57,627 nt of DNA from Candidatus Micrarchaeota archaeon (GCA_021817125.1 JAKAWC010000004.1:1-57627); one strand, 5' to 3'; counted from the stretch's first letter, positions 1 through 8,960 are shown. The notes: generated from the letters alone by a model not told the origin. A program made the numbers and translations.

Positions 1-139
1 AAAGTAAGATTGCTGCACCGCAGCCGATAGGAGATTGTCAATAGACCATGGAATGTATGAGTCCAATAGATTAGCGATGATACGTATGTAGTGCAATACA
101 CAGGAATCGACATAGGAGGTATTCCATGGCGCTCTGGAG

Positions 140-226
140 TTTAGGATGAAACCCTTTCCCAAAGGGTTTCTCCATCGCCGACTGTGCTTTCTGATGGAAC
201 TCTTTTTCAAAGAGTTTCGCCGACTG
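140..226. repeat. Tandem pair of imperfect palindromic (REP/MITE-like) units
   Basis: GATGAAACCCTTTCCCAAAGGGTTTC...CGCCGACTG is followed by GATGGAACTCTTTTTCAAAGAGTTTCGCCGACTG. Each unit is an inverted repeat, and CTGGAG occurs on both sides (134-139, 224-229). Confidence 0.6.
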
Positions 227-311
227 GAGCCGGGCTCCATGCCGGGTTCTCAATAGGGGCATGATATCATTACTCCCTCCTCAGAAAAAGGTTAAATGCA
301 TTTGGTTGCGC

Positions 312-833
312 CTACTTCACGCCGAGCTGCCCGAGTAGGGCGTTGACGAGTTGCGATATCGTCTCGGTGTCGCCGGCCGTGAGCAGGTTGCCGTCTATCT
401 CTACCGCATTCTCTGAGGGCATGCCCTTGTAGAGCTGCACCATCCGCTTCGTCTCCTCATCGTCAGGCGTTGAGATGTTCTTGTTGGCGACTATATTTGC
501 CCTCGCGAGTATCTTGATGCCGTTGCTTATGGCGACTATCAGCTTTTTCTCATCGTCGAAGTGCTTGACCATGTCCAACAGTGGCCTGAAATCATATAGT
601 TTGTACTTCTCTATTCCCACGCCGTCAGCCAGGATGAGCGCATCGAAGTCCTTCGTGAATACTTTTGCAGCGTTCAGGTCCGGCACGCATGTGGCGCCGT
701 GGTAGCCTATGCACTCTGCAGAGGTGTAGCTTGACACTGCCACATCCACGTCCCATTTCTTGAGCAGGAGCCGCAGCGTGGCTAGAGTCTCGTCCTTGAA
801 GTCCCTCGGGGCTATTATTATCGCTACTTTCAC
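312..833 (-). CDS. DJ-1/PfpI (ThiJ) family protein, catalytic residues degenerate
   Basis: MKVAIIIAPRDFKDET start, DFDALILADGVG, LIVAISNG elbow, VEIDGNLLTA C-terminal motif. Confidence 0.85.
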   Translation of the reverse strand: MKVAIIIAPRDFKDETLATLRLLLKKWDVDVAVSSYTSAECIGYHGATCVPDLNAAKVFTKDFDALILADGVGIEKYKLYDFRPLLDMVKHFDDEKKLIVAISNGIKILARANIVANKNISTPDDEETKRMVQLYKGMPSENAVEIDGNLLTAGDTETISQLVNALLGQLGVK

Positions 834-914
834 GGCTACACGCCCATATTAGTGCTATTTATACTAGAATAAGTGCTAAAACCCTATCCCTCAGAGGCAG
901 ACGGGATGTCCTGA

Positions 915-1724
915 CTATCTGCCGAAGAATACTTTGCCCAGCTTCTCGAAGAAGCTCGGCTTCGTCGTCCTCTCGAACTCGGATTGTATACTGCCACTCC
1001 TGCGCTTCAGCGCATATGCACCAGCTACCTCGTCCATCGCCAGCGAGAAGTCGGATGTCCTGTCAATCAGGTACGCGGGCCTCCTCTTCGAGACACTCTC
1101 CTCAACTATCTTGTCCTCAGGTACGATCTGGAAAGCAAGGTCACCGTACATCTTCTCCACCTCGGCGCGCTCGAGGTCAAACTTGCTACTGCCGAACCGG
1201 TTGATTATGAGCCTGTGCTCAAGCTTATGCCTCTCGCAGTGTTCGGACATCTTCGAGCTGCCCTGCGCAGATATCCTGTCGGGGGTGGTGACTATCGCAA
1301 CGTCGTCGAAGTACCTTGCGACCTCGTCGGCGAAGAAGCCAGGCATGTTGTCGACTATGACGAAGTCGTAGTCGAGCCTTGCAAGCTTTGAGTGAAATCT
1401 TATGAAATCGTCGAGCTTCGGCTTGAATTTTTCAGTACTGGAGTTCGCCGGAATTATGTAGAGGTCTATCGGCTGGTAGACGAACATTGCCTGCTTCAAG
1501 TCGGTCTTGCCTGATATGACATCCTGGTATCCGCTGCCCTCTGCCTTTATGCCGAGTTGCTCGCTTATGCTCGCGGAGTCGGTGTCCTCATCCACGAGAA
1601 GGACGCGGAAATTCTGGTTGATGCGCAGTGCGACGGCAAGGTTAAGCGCAAGCGTAGTCTTACCGACACCGCCCTTCTGCGATGCCATCAGTATCATGAA
1701 CGGCTTCCTAGTATCCATCGGCAT
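915..1724 (-). CDS. minD: MinD/ParA family ATPase
   Basis: Deviant Walker A SQKGGVGKTT, VLLVDED, YDFVIVDNMPG, IINR, VPED; C-terminal amphipathic helix FFEKLGKVFF. Confidence 0.85.
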   Translation of the reverse strand: MPMDTRKPFMILMASQKGGVGKTTLALNLAVALRINQNFRVLLVDEDTDSASISEQLGIKAEGSGYQDVISGKTDLKQAMFVYQPIDLYIIPANSSTEKFKPKLDDFIRFHSKLARLDYDFVIVDNMPGFFADEVARYFDDVAIVTTPDRISAQGSSKMSEHCERHKLEHRLIINRFGSSKFDLERAEVEKMYGDLAFQIVPEDKIVEESVSKRRPAYLIDRTSDFSLAMDEVAGAYALKRRSGSIQSEFERTTKPSFFEKLGKVFFGR

Positions 1725-1793
1725 GTTGCCCCCTGTTCTTATCTGCTAACTAGAAGCATGTGCAGGAATAAAAATGTTCCTGGGGCGCCGGAG

Positions 1794-3542
1794 TTATCTC
1801 CTGACCCTGCCGGACGGCTGCATTTCACGCTTCCTGCCCAATAGGTACGCAGCACCCCCCAAGGCGACGATGATAGCTGTGCCACCTATGTCATAAAGTG
1901 ATGCGAACGTGGCTGCCTGCGCCACGCCAGCATTTGCGGTGACAGTCTGCTGCATCCCTAAGTACTGCAACTGGGCTTTGGCATAGCCGTAGGGAACATC
2001 GTTTATCACTATCGTGCCGGTGCTGCCTGTCGATATCCTGGAGACGGTCCCATTCGCGAACGCGATTGTGCCACTGGCATTCACGGGTATCCCAAACGGG
2101 TCAGTGGACTTTATGGTCACCGGATAAACCGGTAGCTGCACATACGCTATTTGCGGGCCAGTTACATTTAGCGCCTGGGATACATTCATCAGGACGCCAG
2201 AGTAGGTCGCAGATGTCACCTCGTACCTGCCACCAAAGAGCAGAGGTGTCGAGTTTGTCCGTACCCCGTTTATCGCGTATGCGGTTGCTTGCAGTGGATT
2301 GCCTTTTGAGTCCTTTCCGATGATTGTGACAGAGTACCTGAAGAGCGCGGAGATGTTGATGGGCGAATTGACCTTTGTCTTGAAGGTGGCATTCGCGTTC
2401 CCGTTCGACCAGGAGTAGAATGCTGCTCCGATGCCTTGCGGGGGAGACAGACTCAATGTGGCTATGGAGCTGCTGTTGTACCATCCGCTCCCCTGTGTGA
2501 TCCCATACTTGGAGGTCACGTTGACGAGATATTGGATCTGCCAGTTGGCGGTCTCCGAGATGTTGTTAAACAGCAAGGTCGTGACGTTGTCGAGCGGACC
2601 GGTATAAGAGTTCCTCCCAGCCCCAGTCCATCCGGTGAATATTGCACGCTCGTTTGCAGAGATTGGGTAGATCGGAGGGGCATAGAGTCGGGCACCTGTG
2701 TATGCAAGGTACTCTGTCGTGCCGTTTATCTCGCCGTATTGGGAGTTTACCCTGACATAATAGCCTAGAGCCCAGAGCTGCGTGCCGTTCTGCAGCTGCG
2801 GGAGGCCGGAGCCTATCTGGAAGTAATCGGTTCGGTTGCCGACCTCCCTGACTCCGTAGGGATCTGGCAGCGTCTTTGGGCTGGTCGCACCGTAACCGAT
2901 ATATGCAGTGCCTATAGACACCGGCAGGTAGCTGCCTGACTTGTATACTGAGAGATTTGCCAATGTGACCGGGCGTAGAGAAGTGTTTGCGTCGGAGGTG
3001 TTTGCCAGCTCACCGAAAGCCACTGGCACTTCGGGACCGGCTGATGCAACGCCAAGGTTTACGCTACCGACCTGCCGCCCGTCGATTACGAAGTACCAGA
3101 CATTGCCATTTGAGTAGAAGCTGTATGTGTGGAAGGTGCCATTGACGCCAGCCGAGCCGTCGGGGCCTATCGCTCCTAGAAATGAGTCGCTGTTGTTCGC
3201 CGGGAAATATTCGTAAAACCATTCGGCATCGCCTGCCTTGATGTATTCGTAGCCGGTGCATCCCGCTATGCTGCACGGGGTCGAGTAGCTCCCTGTCTCG
3301 TTCTCTACCACATAACCTACCTGGAGGAATGCCCCGTTCGGGAGGTCTTCGCCGACCCAGTAGCCGAGGGATCCAGTCTTGAGCATCTGGGGGGTGATGG
3401 TCTGGATCTGGATGCTTGCTCCGTTGTTGAAGTTCGCGCCGCTTCCCGCCTTTGCGCCGAACTGGAACCAGTATTGCGCGCCGACCTGCGATGCAAGGAT
3501 GGAAAACGCCAGAATCGCGAGTGCAAGCCTAAACCCTCTCAT
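1794..3542 (-). CDS. Secreted, C-terminally membrane-anchored glycoprotein with an N-terminal glutamic peptidase (G1/thermopsin-like) domain
   Basis: Signal peptide; YWVGEDL...FLQVGY...WFYEYFP...AFGE; many N-x-S/T sequons; repeated beta-rich GSGWY modules; C-terminal TM helix plus basic tail. Confidence 0.6.
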   Translation of the reverse strand: MRGFRLALAILAFSILASQVGAQYWFQFGAKAGSGANFNNGASIQIQTITPQMLKTGSLGYWVGEDLPNGAFLQVGYVVENETGSYSTPCSIAGCTGYEYIKAGDAEWFYEYFPANNSDSFLGAIGPDGSAGVNGTFHTYSFYSNGNVWYFVIDGRQVGSVNLGVASAGPEVPVAFGELANTSDANTSLRPVTLANLSVYKSGSYLPVSIGTAYIGYGATSPKTLPDPYGVREVGNRTDYFQIGSGLPQLQNGTQLWALGYYVRVNSQYGEINGTTEYLAYTGARLYAPPIYPISANERAIFTGWTGAGRNSYTGPLDNVTTLLFNNISETANWQIQYLVNVTSKYGITQGSGWYNSSSIATLSLSPPQGIGAAFYSWSNGNANATFKTKVNSPINISALFRYSVTIIGKDSKGNPLQATAYAINGVRTNSTPLLFGGRYEVTSATYSGVLMNVSQALNVTGPQIAYVQLPVYPVTIKSTDPFGIPVNASGTIAFANGTVSRISTGSTGTIVINDVPYGYAKAQLQYLGMQQTVTANAGVAQAATFASLYDIGGTAIIVALGGAAYLLGRKREMQPSGRVRR

Positions 3543-4368
3543 AGTCTAAACCTAAAGCATTCAATCTTTTAATTATAGATACCCTGACTGGCGAGCCCAT
3601 GCTCTTCCAGTCTATTACTGCTGCCTCCACCTTTTCTTGGGACCTCGATATCGCCTGATCGAGCATGTCGAGATTGTCCCCGTTAGCATTCGACACGCTG
3701 TGCTTCGGCATCATGTGACCGAATGCGTATCCTTTCTCAAGGGCAAGAGCAGTGAACTTCTGAGGGTAGTGGGTTCCGCCTATGCCTACGACCACCTTTG
3801 AGTGCTCGACCTTCTTGTCCAGGTAGTCGACCATCGAATCGTAGAATGCGTCGGCCGCGAGCATGGCACCTTTCTTGTCCTGTCTTGTCTTCTCATCACC
3901 GCCGAACTCGATGAAGAGGGAAGGTTTGTCAATGGTCGGGCCGTGGTGGGTGGCTTCATATACTCTGTCAGTGTTCGGGGCGTCAACCTTTGATATGTGC
4001 CGCAGTGCGCACAGCATCGCGAGCGGCGCGGCGGTTGATAACGTCTTTGGCTTTCCGCCCAGCATCGGGTTCGCTGTCCAGTTGCCTGTCGGGTGGGTCG
4101 TCATTGCAGGCTTCCCTGCCGCGCTGAAATGGCTGCATACGAAGTAGATGACGTCCTCCTTGAGCTCCTCGGCAAAGTCTGCGCGGACCAGCTCTGTCCC
4201 TGTTTCGTACATCCGCATCTTTCCTAGCTCGAAGACGCGCATCCCGTTGTGCTCCCCTTTTTCCTTGAAGCCCCGCTCCACTATCATGCGCTCCGCCATG
4301 TTCCGCGAGGGGGTGTTGTTTAGGTCATATATCAGGGCTATCGTAAGAGCACCTAATTCATTTGTCAA
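3529..4368 (-). CDS. dtdA: D-aminoacyl-tRNA deacylase (archaeal DTD2/GEK1 type)
   Basis: SHFSAAGKPAMTTHPTGN, YEATHHGPT, FIEFG, GIGGTHY, FGHMMPKH motifs. Confidence 0.92.
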   Translation of the reverse strand: MTNELGALTIALIYDLNNTPSRNMAERMIVERGFKEKGEHNGMRVFELGKMRMYETGTELVRADFAEELKEDVIYFVCSHFSAAGKPAMTTHPTGNWTANPMLGGKPKTLSTAAPLAMLCALRHISKVDAPNTDRVYEATHHGPTIDKPSLFIEFGGDEKTRQDKKGAMLAADAFYDSMVDYLDKKVEHSKVVVGIGGTHYPQKFTALALEKGYAFGHMMPKHSVSNANGDNLDMLDQAISRSQEKVEAAVIDWKSMGSPVRVSIIKRLNALGLDYERV

Positions 4369-4499
4369 GCCCCTAATATAAGTTTTTGGTGTCAGGATGA
4401 GCTGCCATACGGGCTAAGATTGAGGTCGTAACTTGACGACATTATGCTTTAAATAGTATCGGTTCCATAATAGGTTACTATTACTAAGCGGGGATCAAC

Positions 4500-5243
4500 A
4501 TGCTAGAGATACGAATCGATAATGCAAAGTATTGGAGGGACTGCGTAGACTCAATAGTCAGCCTTGTGGATGAAGGCGCGTTCAACATAACCACAGAAGG
4601 GATAACGCTCAAGGCGATGGATCCCTCCGGGATAAGCATGGTCTCTTTCTTCATACCGAACAAAGCATTCTCGAAGTTCACTGTCGACAAGGGAGTGAGC
4701 GTAGGGCTCAACCTGGAGAATCTCAGCAAGATACTCTCAAGAACGAGGGATAACGAGGCTCTGGTGATGAAGGATGCCGAGAACAAGCTCTCGATGGAGT
4801 TCGTTGGGCAGGGGAGCAGGAGGAAATACAAGCTTCAGATGATAGACGTGAAGAAGTCTATCGACAAAGAACCAAACGTCGATTTCGACGCGAAGATAGA
4901 GATGATAGGAGACCCGCTCAAGGAGATAATCAAGGATGCCAGCCTCATCTCGTCATACATATCATTCAAGGCGCAGAAGGGCATGTTCGCCGTGGCGGCA
5001 CACGGCGACTCCGGAGAGCTTGAGGAGACGCATGACGCTGAGGGCGGAGTACTCAAAAAGCTTGATGCGGGCAAGAATGCAGAGGCAGTCTTCAATCTTG
5101 AGTTCCTAGAGAATATGGTCAAGTCGTGCCCGACAGGCAACCAGATAAACATCGGGCTCAAGTCGAACGAACCGCTCAAGCTGAATTATAAGATAGGGGA
5201 CGCATCGATCACCTACTTCCTTGCACCATACATGGAGGAGTGA
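4500..5243 (+). CDS. pcn: DNA polymerase sliding clamp PCNA
   Basis: LKAMDPSGISMV, VGLNL, C-terminal YFLAP; 247 aa. Confidence 0.97.
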   Translation: MLEIRIDNAKYWRDCVDSIVSLVDEGAFNITTEGITLKAMDPSGISMVSFFIPNKAFSKFTVDKGVSVGLNLENLSKILSRTRDNEALVMKDAENKLSMEFVGQGSRRKYKLQMIDVKKSIDKEPNVDFDAKIEMIGDPLKEIIKDASLISSYISFKAQKGMFAVAAHGDSGELEETHDAEGGVLKKLDAGKNAEAVFNLEFLENMVKSCPTGNQINIGLKSNEPLKLNYKIGDASITYFLAPYMEE

Positions 5244-5253
5244 CCTCATCTTT

Positions 5254-6186
5254 ATGGCAGTCGACACGGCGAAGCTGGACTTCGCTTACAAGTATCCCTT
5301 TACGAAGGAGGCGAAGGACGTCATCGAGCAGGAGGGCTCGGCGAAGCTTGACGAACGTTTTCTCAGAGCTGGTAGACTCAGGGTGCAGAGTGCGATAGAC
5401 GGCACCGGCGGCGCTTTCACGAGGACCAACGACATGGCGCTTAGGCACACCTACCTGATGAGCTATGTCTATGCCAGGATGTTGGTAAGTGCTACTTCCA
5501 ACCGCGGCGCGATAGAGAGTTTTGCTATGGCAGAGGCGAAACGGTCTGGTTTCGCGCTGACAGAGGACGATGACACAACGCTGTTCCTTGTGGCCAAGGA
5601 GATGGGAATAGACATAGGCGGCGATGGCGACGAATACAAGATAAGGTTTGACCGGTTCCTCGCGTTCTCCCCGAGGGCTGGCATATCGCTTGCCAAGCAG
5701 GGGCTTGAGAAGGGGGTTGTGTACGCTGACAGGAAGACGGTAATACGGCTGGTGGAGGAGGCGATGAGGCTTGAGGCGAGAAAGAATCTTCCAATACCCC
5801 GGTCAGCGCTCCCTAAGGAGGTGATCGCAGCCGCCAAAGAGATAAAGGTCCCCGAAGTCAAGATGACGGGAATCGTAGCCAATGATGGCAGGTATTCATG
5901 GATAGAGACCCTGCTTGCTACGCCCATAGCGGACGTGAGGCACAGGACGGTCAACCTCATACTTGCGCCATACCTGACTAATGTAAGAAAACTTGACGAG
6001 GACAAGGCGGCAGAAGTGATAATGGCATATATGGAGAAGTGCAAAACGCTTAACCCTGACACAAAAATCAACCAGACATACATAAAATACCAGTGCAAGT
6101 ATGCCAAGAGCAAGGGGATGAGACCCCTTTCGCGCGACAGGGCGAAGGAGCTGCTCGGGGGGATACTCGAGTTTGGGGGCAGGTGA
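5254..6186 (+). CDS. priL: DNA primase large subunit N-terminal domain fused to a PriX-like C-terminal domain
   Basis: FAYKYPFTKEAK and SYVYARMLVS...FAMAEAKR match the PriL N-domain. C-terminus YSWIETLL...DVRHR...LAPYLTNVRKL...GMRPLS resembles PriX. No PPC/4-Cys Fe-S motif. Directly downstream of pcn; ATG at 5254. Confidence 0.8.
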   Translation: MAVDTAKLDFAYKYPFTKEAKDVIEQEGSAKLDERFLRAGRLRVQSAIDGTGGAFTRTNDMALRHTYLMSYVYARMLVSATSNRGAIESFAMAEAKRSGFALTEDDDTTLFLVAKEMGIDIGGDGDEYKIRFDRFLAFSPRAGISLAKQGLEKGVVYADRKTVIRLVEEAMRLEARKNLPIPRSALPKEVIAAAKEIKVPEVKMTGIVANDGRYSWIETLLATPIADVRHRTVNLILAPYLTNVRKLDEDKAAEVIMAYMEKCKTLNPDTKINQTYIKYQCKYAKSKGMRPLSRDRAKELLGGILEFGGR

Positions 6187-6190
6187 TATT

Positions 6191-6346
6191 ATGCCTGACG
6201 TAACCACATTGTGCAACGTGTGCGGCATGCCTGCGTCATCCAGGTGTAGGCTGTGCGGGAAGATGGTCTGCGAGATGCACTACGATGCCAGGAGCGGACT
6301 CTGCACCTCGTGCAAGGGCAGGGGCAGAAGCGTCTCGGCCAAGTAG
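6191..6346 (+). CDS. 51-aa zinc-finger microprotein (not in ORF track)
   Basis: MPDVTTLCNVCGMPASSRCRLCGKMVCEMHYDARSGLCTSCKGRGRSVSAK; AGGTGAT-ATT-ATG RBS overlapping the priL stop. Confidence 0.85.
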   Translation: MPDVTTLCNVCGMPASSRCRLCGKMVCEMHYDARSGLCTSCKGRGRSVSAK

Positions 6347-6382
6347 CAATGCATAAAAACGTGACTTTCCATTTTAATAGGT

Positions 6383-6577
6383 GTGAACATGACAGGACCT
6401 AACATCTTCAAACCGGGAGGGCAGACGCATCCGCACTGCAACCTCTGTGGCAGGGAAGCGAAGCACAAGTGTGCTATCTGCGGGAGGGATGTCTGCGATG
6501 CGCACTATGATAACATAAAGCGCATGTGCCCGACATGCGCCGGCAAGCCAAGGCAGGGAACGAGGGGCCAGTTCTAG
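6383..6577 (+). CDS. Zinc-finger microprotein, paralog of 6191-6346
   Basis: CNLC-x6-CAIC-x4-CDAHYD-x5-CPTC, the same ligand spacing as the upstream gene. Confidence 0.8.
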   Translation: MNMTGPNIFKPGGQTHPHCNLCGREAKHKCAICGRDVCDAHYDNIKRMCPTCAGKPRQGTRGQF

Positions 6578-6843
6578 AGCGAGGAGAAATCTGCGGCCGA
6601 GGTCCCCTTAGGGAATGCCCTGCCATTTTGCGCCTCTACGGGAAGTCCCAACTCGTTCGCCAGTCTTGAGAGTTCGCTAACATCTATCAACCGCTCGGTG
6701 AACAGCTCGGTGTAAGTGAGGTTCCCCAGCGATGTCCTTCTTACTTTGAACGTGAGCTGCTGGTGCATCCCACTTCTAACCACATTCAATTTTATGACGC
6801 CTGCCCGCAGTGCATCTTTTGCTTTCACGCTTAGTTCTATCAT
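6574..6843 (-). CDS. Hypothetical protein, 89 aa
   Basis: ATG start with upstream TATA-like box; globular composition; fills the intergenic space. Confidence 0.65.
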   Translation of the reverse strand: MIELSVKAKDALRAGVIKLNVVRSGMHQQLTFKVRRTSLGNLTYTELFTERLIDVSELSRLANELGLPVEAQNGRAFPKGTSAADFSSL

Positions 6844-6944
6844 GCTAAATCGTCTCAGTAAGATATGGCTGCGCCAATGCTTATATTAGTGCGGGTCACC
6901 GGTCGCAGTCCTCCGTTTTGGGATAGTATATGCCACTGTTGTCT

Positions 6945-7358
6945 TTAACTTTTCTTCTTTTGATGAGTAAACCCATAAAGCAAGAGCGACAACCCTATGA
7001 TTATAAGTGCTATGAGTATCACAACGTCGTCTGTTTGGCTGCCCCATACTCCCGGTTTTAAGCCCAACGGGGAATAAGTCCAAGGCCCGTAATGGGCCAG
7101 AGCAAGGATGCCAAGCGTTGCCAAGGCTAGCACAGTCACAACTGCGTCTAATGCACTATTCGGCTGTCTCTTGAATGCAACTCGGCTTGAAATAAGTTCG
7201 ATTATGCCTGCCACTACTAAAAAGCTGCCTGCGTCGAGGGCCAGTTGGGGGTAATTGAAAGCGTTATTGAAAATCGCAAGAGCCAGGCCGATAACCAAAG
7301 AGAATGCGCCGATCATTGCTAATTTTATAGAATATGGCGCATGCGTGATGAATACCAT
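6945..7358 (-). CDS. Hypothetical membrane protein (about 4 TM)
   Basis: Four hydrophobic segments, basic C-terminus, lower GC than flanks. Confidence 0.65.
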   Translation of the reverse strand: MVFITHAPYSIKLAMIGAFSLVIGLALAIFNNAFNYPQLALDAGSFLVVAGIIELISSRVAFKRQPNSALDAVVTVLALATLGILALAHYGPWTYSPLGLKPGVWGSQTDDVVILIALIIIGLSLLLYGFTHQKKKS

Positions 7359-7393
7359 TTTGTTCCCTGCTCAAGCGTTATTTACATCGACCT

Positions 7394-7831
7394 TCAGCCC
7401 ACCGCTCTTTTCACAAGTGCTGTAATCTTCGCTTCCTCAGCGGGGGTAAACTTCATCAGCGCAAACGTGACGGGCCATATGTTGCCCTCATCGAGGTTCG
7501 CTTCGTCACTGAATCCCAAAGTCATGTACCTGACCTTGAACTTACTAGCCGGTTGGAAGAAGCATACCACCTTGTCGCCCTTGGAATATGCTGGCATCCC
7601 ATACCAGGTCCGGGGAACAAGATTCGGCGCGGCTGCCTTAATCAAAGCGTGTAGCCGCTTTGACATGCTACGATCTGGTTCGGGCATCTTGGCAATAGCC
7701 TCGAGTACGGCACTTTCGCCGTTGATCTTTGAGTTCTTCTCTTTGAGGTATTCTTTCATCGCGGCTATTTCCTCTTTGGACAATCCTTTCGCTGTCTTGG
7801 TTGCCTTTCCCTTCTCCAATTCGGTTGCCAT
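7394..7831 (-). CDS. DUF1801/YdhG-like protein
   Basis: [23 protein letters not shown]...[28 protein letters not shown]. Confidence 0.85.
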   Translation of the reverse strand: MATELEKGKATKTAKGLSKEEIAAMKEYLKEKNSKINGESAVLEAIAKMPEPDRSMSKRLHALIKAAAPNLVPRTWYGMPAYSKGDKVVCFFQPASKFKVRYMTLGFSDEANLDEGNIWPVTFALMKFTPAEEAKITALVKRAVG

Positions 7832-7870
7832 ACTATCACAAAATGTCCTAATTTAAAGTATAAAAAGAGA

Positions 7871-7943
7871 CGCCTTGACCGGGATTCGAACCCGGGTCGG
7901 AAACGTGACAGGCTTCCATCCTGGACCACTAGACGATCAAGGC
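7871..7943 (-). tRNA. tRNA-Asp (GTC)
   Basis: Cloverleaf GCCTTGA...anticodon loop CTGTCAC...GGTTCGAATCC...TCAAGGC-G. Confidence 0.97.
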
Positions 7944-8011
7944 ATCAAACGTGAGAATCAGTGTCACGCAATATGCTATTGCTGTTGCTGGTTTAAATAA
8001 TTAATGTTTTG

Positions 8012-8602
8012 CTATCGCTTCTCTGCCAGCTTCTTTGCCATCGCCTTAAGGTCCTTGTCCTTCGCCCTTGGCCCCTGGAGGGTGTTGACATATCCCTCGT
8101 ACTTCGCAGAGAACTTCGTCTCGGGCGCAAGCATCTGGTCGTACTTTGACTTGAGCCCGTGCGCAGGGTAGAGCTTCCCGTGGAGGTGGTTTATGCCAGT
8201 CCCCTCCAAGACGAAGTGGACGCACTTTGCGCCCAACTTTCTCTCAAGCAGTCTTGCGACCTTCTTCGACGCGACCATGAGCTTCCTCAGGTCCCTGTTC
8301 CTAAGGTCGAAGGCGTAGCTCTCGTGATGGTGCTTTGGTATGACGAGCGTGACGCCTGGCGTGTTCGGGAAGATATCCAATATGGCTATGTATTCGTGAT
8401 CCTCCCATATCTTGTAAGCAGGCGCCCTGCCGGCGACTATGTCGCAGAAGATATCCGTCTTCTTCGGGGCGTTGCCGTAGAGGTCCTTCTTTGCCCCCTT
8501 CGACGCAGCTTTGACTGCCTTCCCCACTGGTTTCTGTGCCTTTGCGGTCTTCTTTTGGGCTTTCTTGGCTTTCTTTGCCATCACATCACTCTTTCTCATC
8601 AC
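8012..8602 (-). CDS. HIT family nucleotide hydrolase with Lys/Ala-rich N-terminal extension (start may be 8581)
   Basis: DIFCDIV, ILDIFPNTPGVTLVIPKHH, variant triad HLHGK. Confidence 0.88.
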   Translation of the reverse strand: MMRKSDVMAKKAKKAQKKTAKAQKPVGKAVKAASKGAKKDLYGNAPKKTDIFCDIVAGRAPAYKIWEDHEYIAILDIFPNTPGVTLVIPKHHHESYAFDLRNRDLRKLMVASKKVARLLERKLGAKCVHFVLEGTGINHLHGKLYPAHGLKSKYDQMLAPETKFSAKYEGYVNTLQGPRAKDKDLKAMAKKLAEKR

Positions 8603-8783
8603 GCCTGATAAACGCCAATCCCCTGCTGCGCGCGGCGAGTTCTTTCTGTGTTCCGGCGATTATCAGAGCTTCGGGCGTTGTTACCATGCCTGGGTCCTTC
8701 CTTTTAAGTTCCAATATGCCATCATAGAGAACCTTTGGTATCTTGACATGGACTATGTTCCCTGTTCTTTGGCCTTTCACCAT
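8586..8783 (-). CDS. Small putative ribbon-helix-helix DNA-binding protein
   Basis: MVKGQRTGNIVHVKIPKVLYDGILELKRKDPG... shows alternating beta strand then helix; ATG about 15 nt after the tRNA-Tyr 3' end. Confidence 0.5.
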   Translation of the reverse strand: MVKGQRTGNIVHVKIPKVLYDGILELKRKDPGMVTTPEALIIAGTQKELAARSRGLAFIRRDEKE

Positions 8784-8798
8784 CCGATCACGAATATT

Positions 8799-8898
8799 TC
8801 CCGTTGGAGCGAGTCGAACGCCCAACCTGCCGGTTTCTAACATAAAATGTTAGGATTTCAGACTACAGCCGGCCGCTCTGCCATTGAGCTACAACGGG
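8799..8898 (-). tRNA. tRNA-Tyr (GTA) with 28-nt intron at canonical 37/38 position (intron about 8835-8862)
   Basis: CCCGTTG acceptor (C1-G72), GCCGG-CTGTAG|intron|A-CCGGC, TTCGACT T-loop; intron contains a CTAACAT/ATGTTAG hairpin. Confidence 0.93.
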
Positions 8899-8960
8899 GC
8901 TAAATCTACGAATATATAGGCATAAGCTATATTAATATACTTTGTTGGGGGAATAAATTC

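Noticed and set aside
71-262. 63-aa ORF at the window start
   Set aside because: Its sequence is largely a translation of the palindromic DNA repeat, with no protein-family features.
4390-4440. Possible box C/D sRNA between dtdA and pcn
   Set aside because: All putative boxes (AGGATGA, CTAA, TTGA) are degenerate, and the GTCGTAAC segment is sense rather than antisense to 16S rRNA on that strand.
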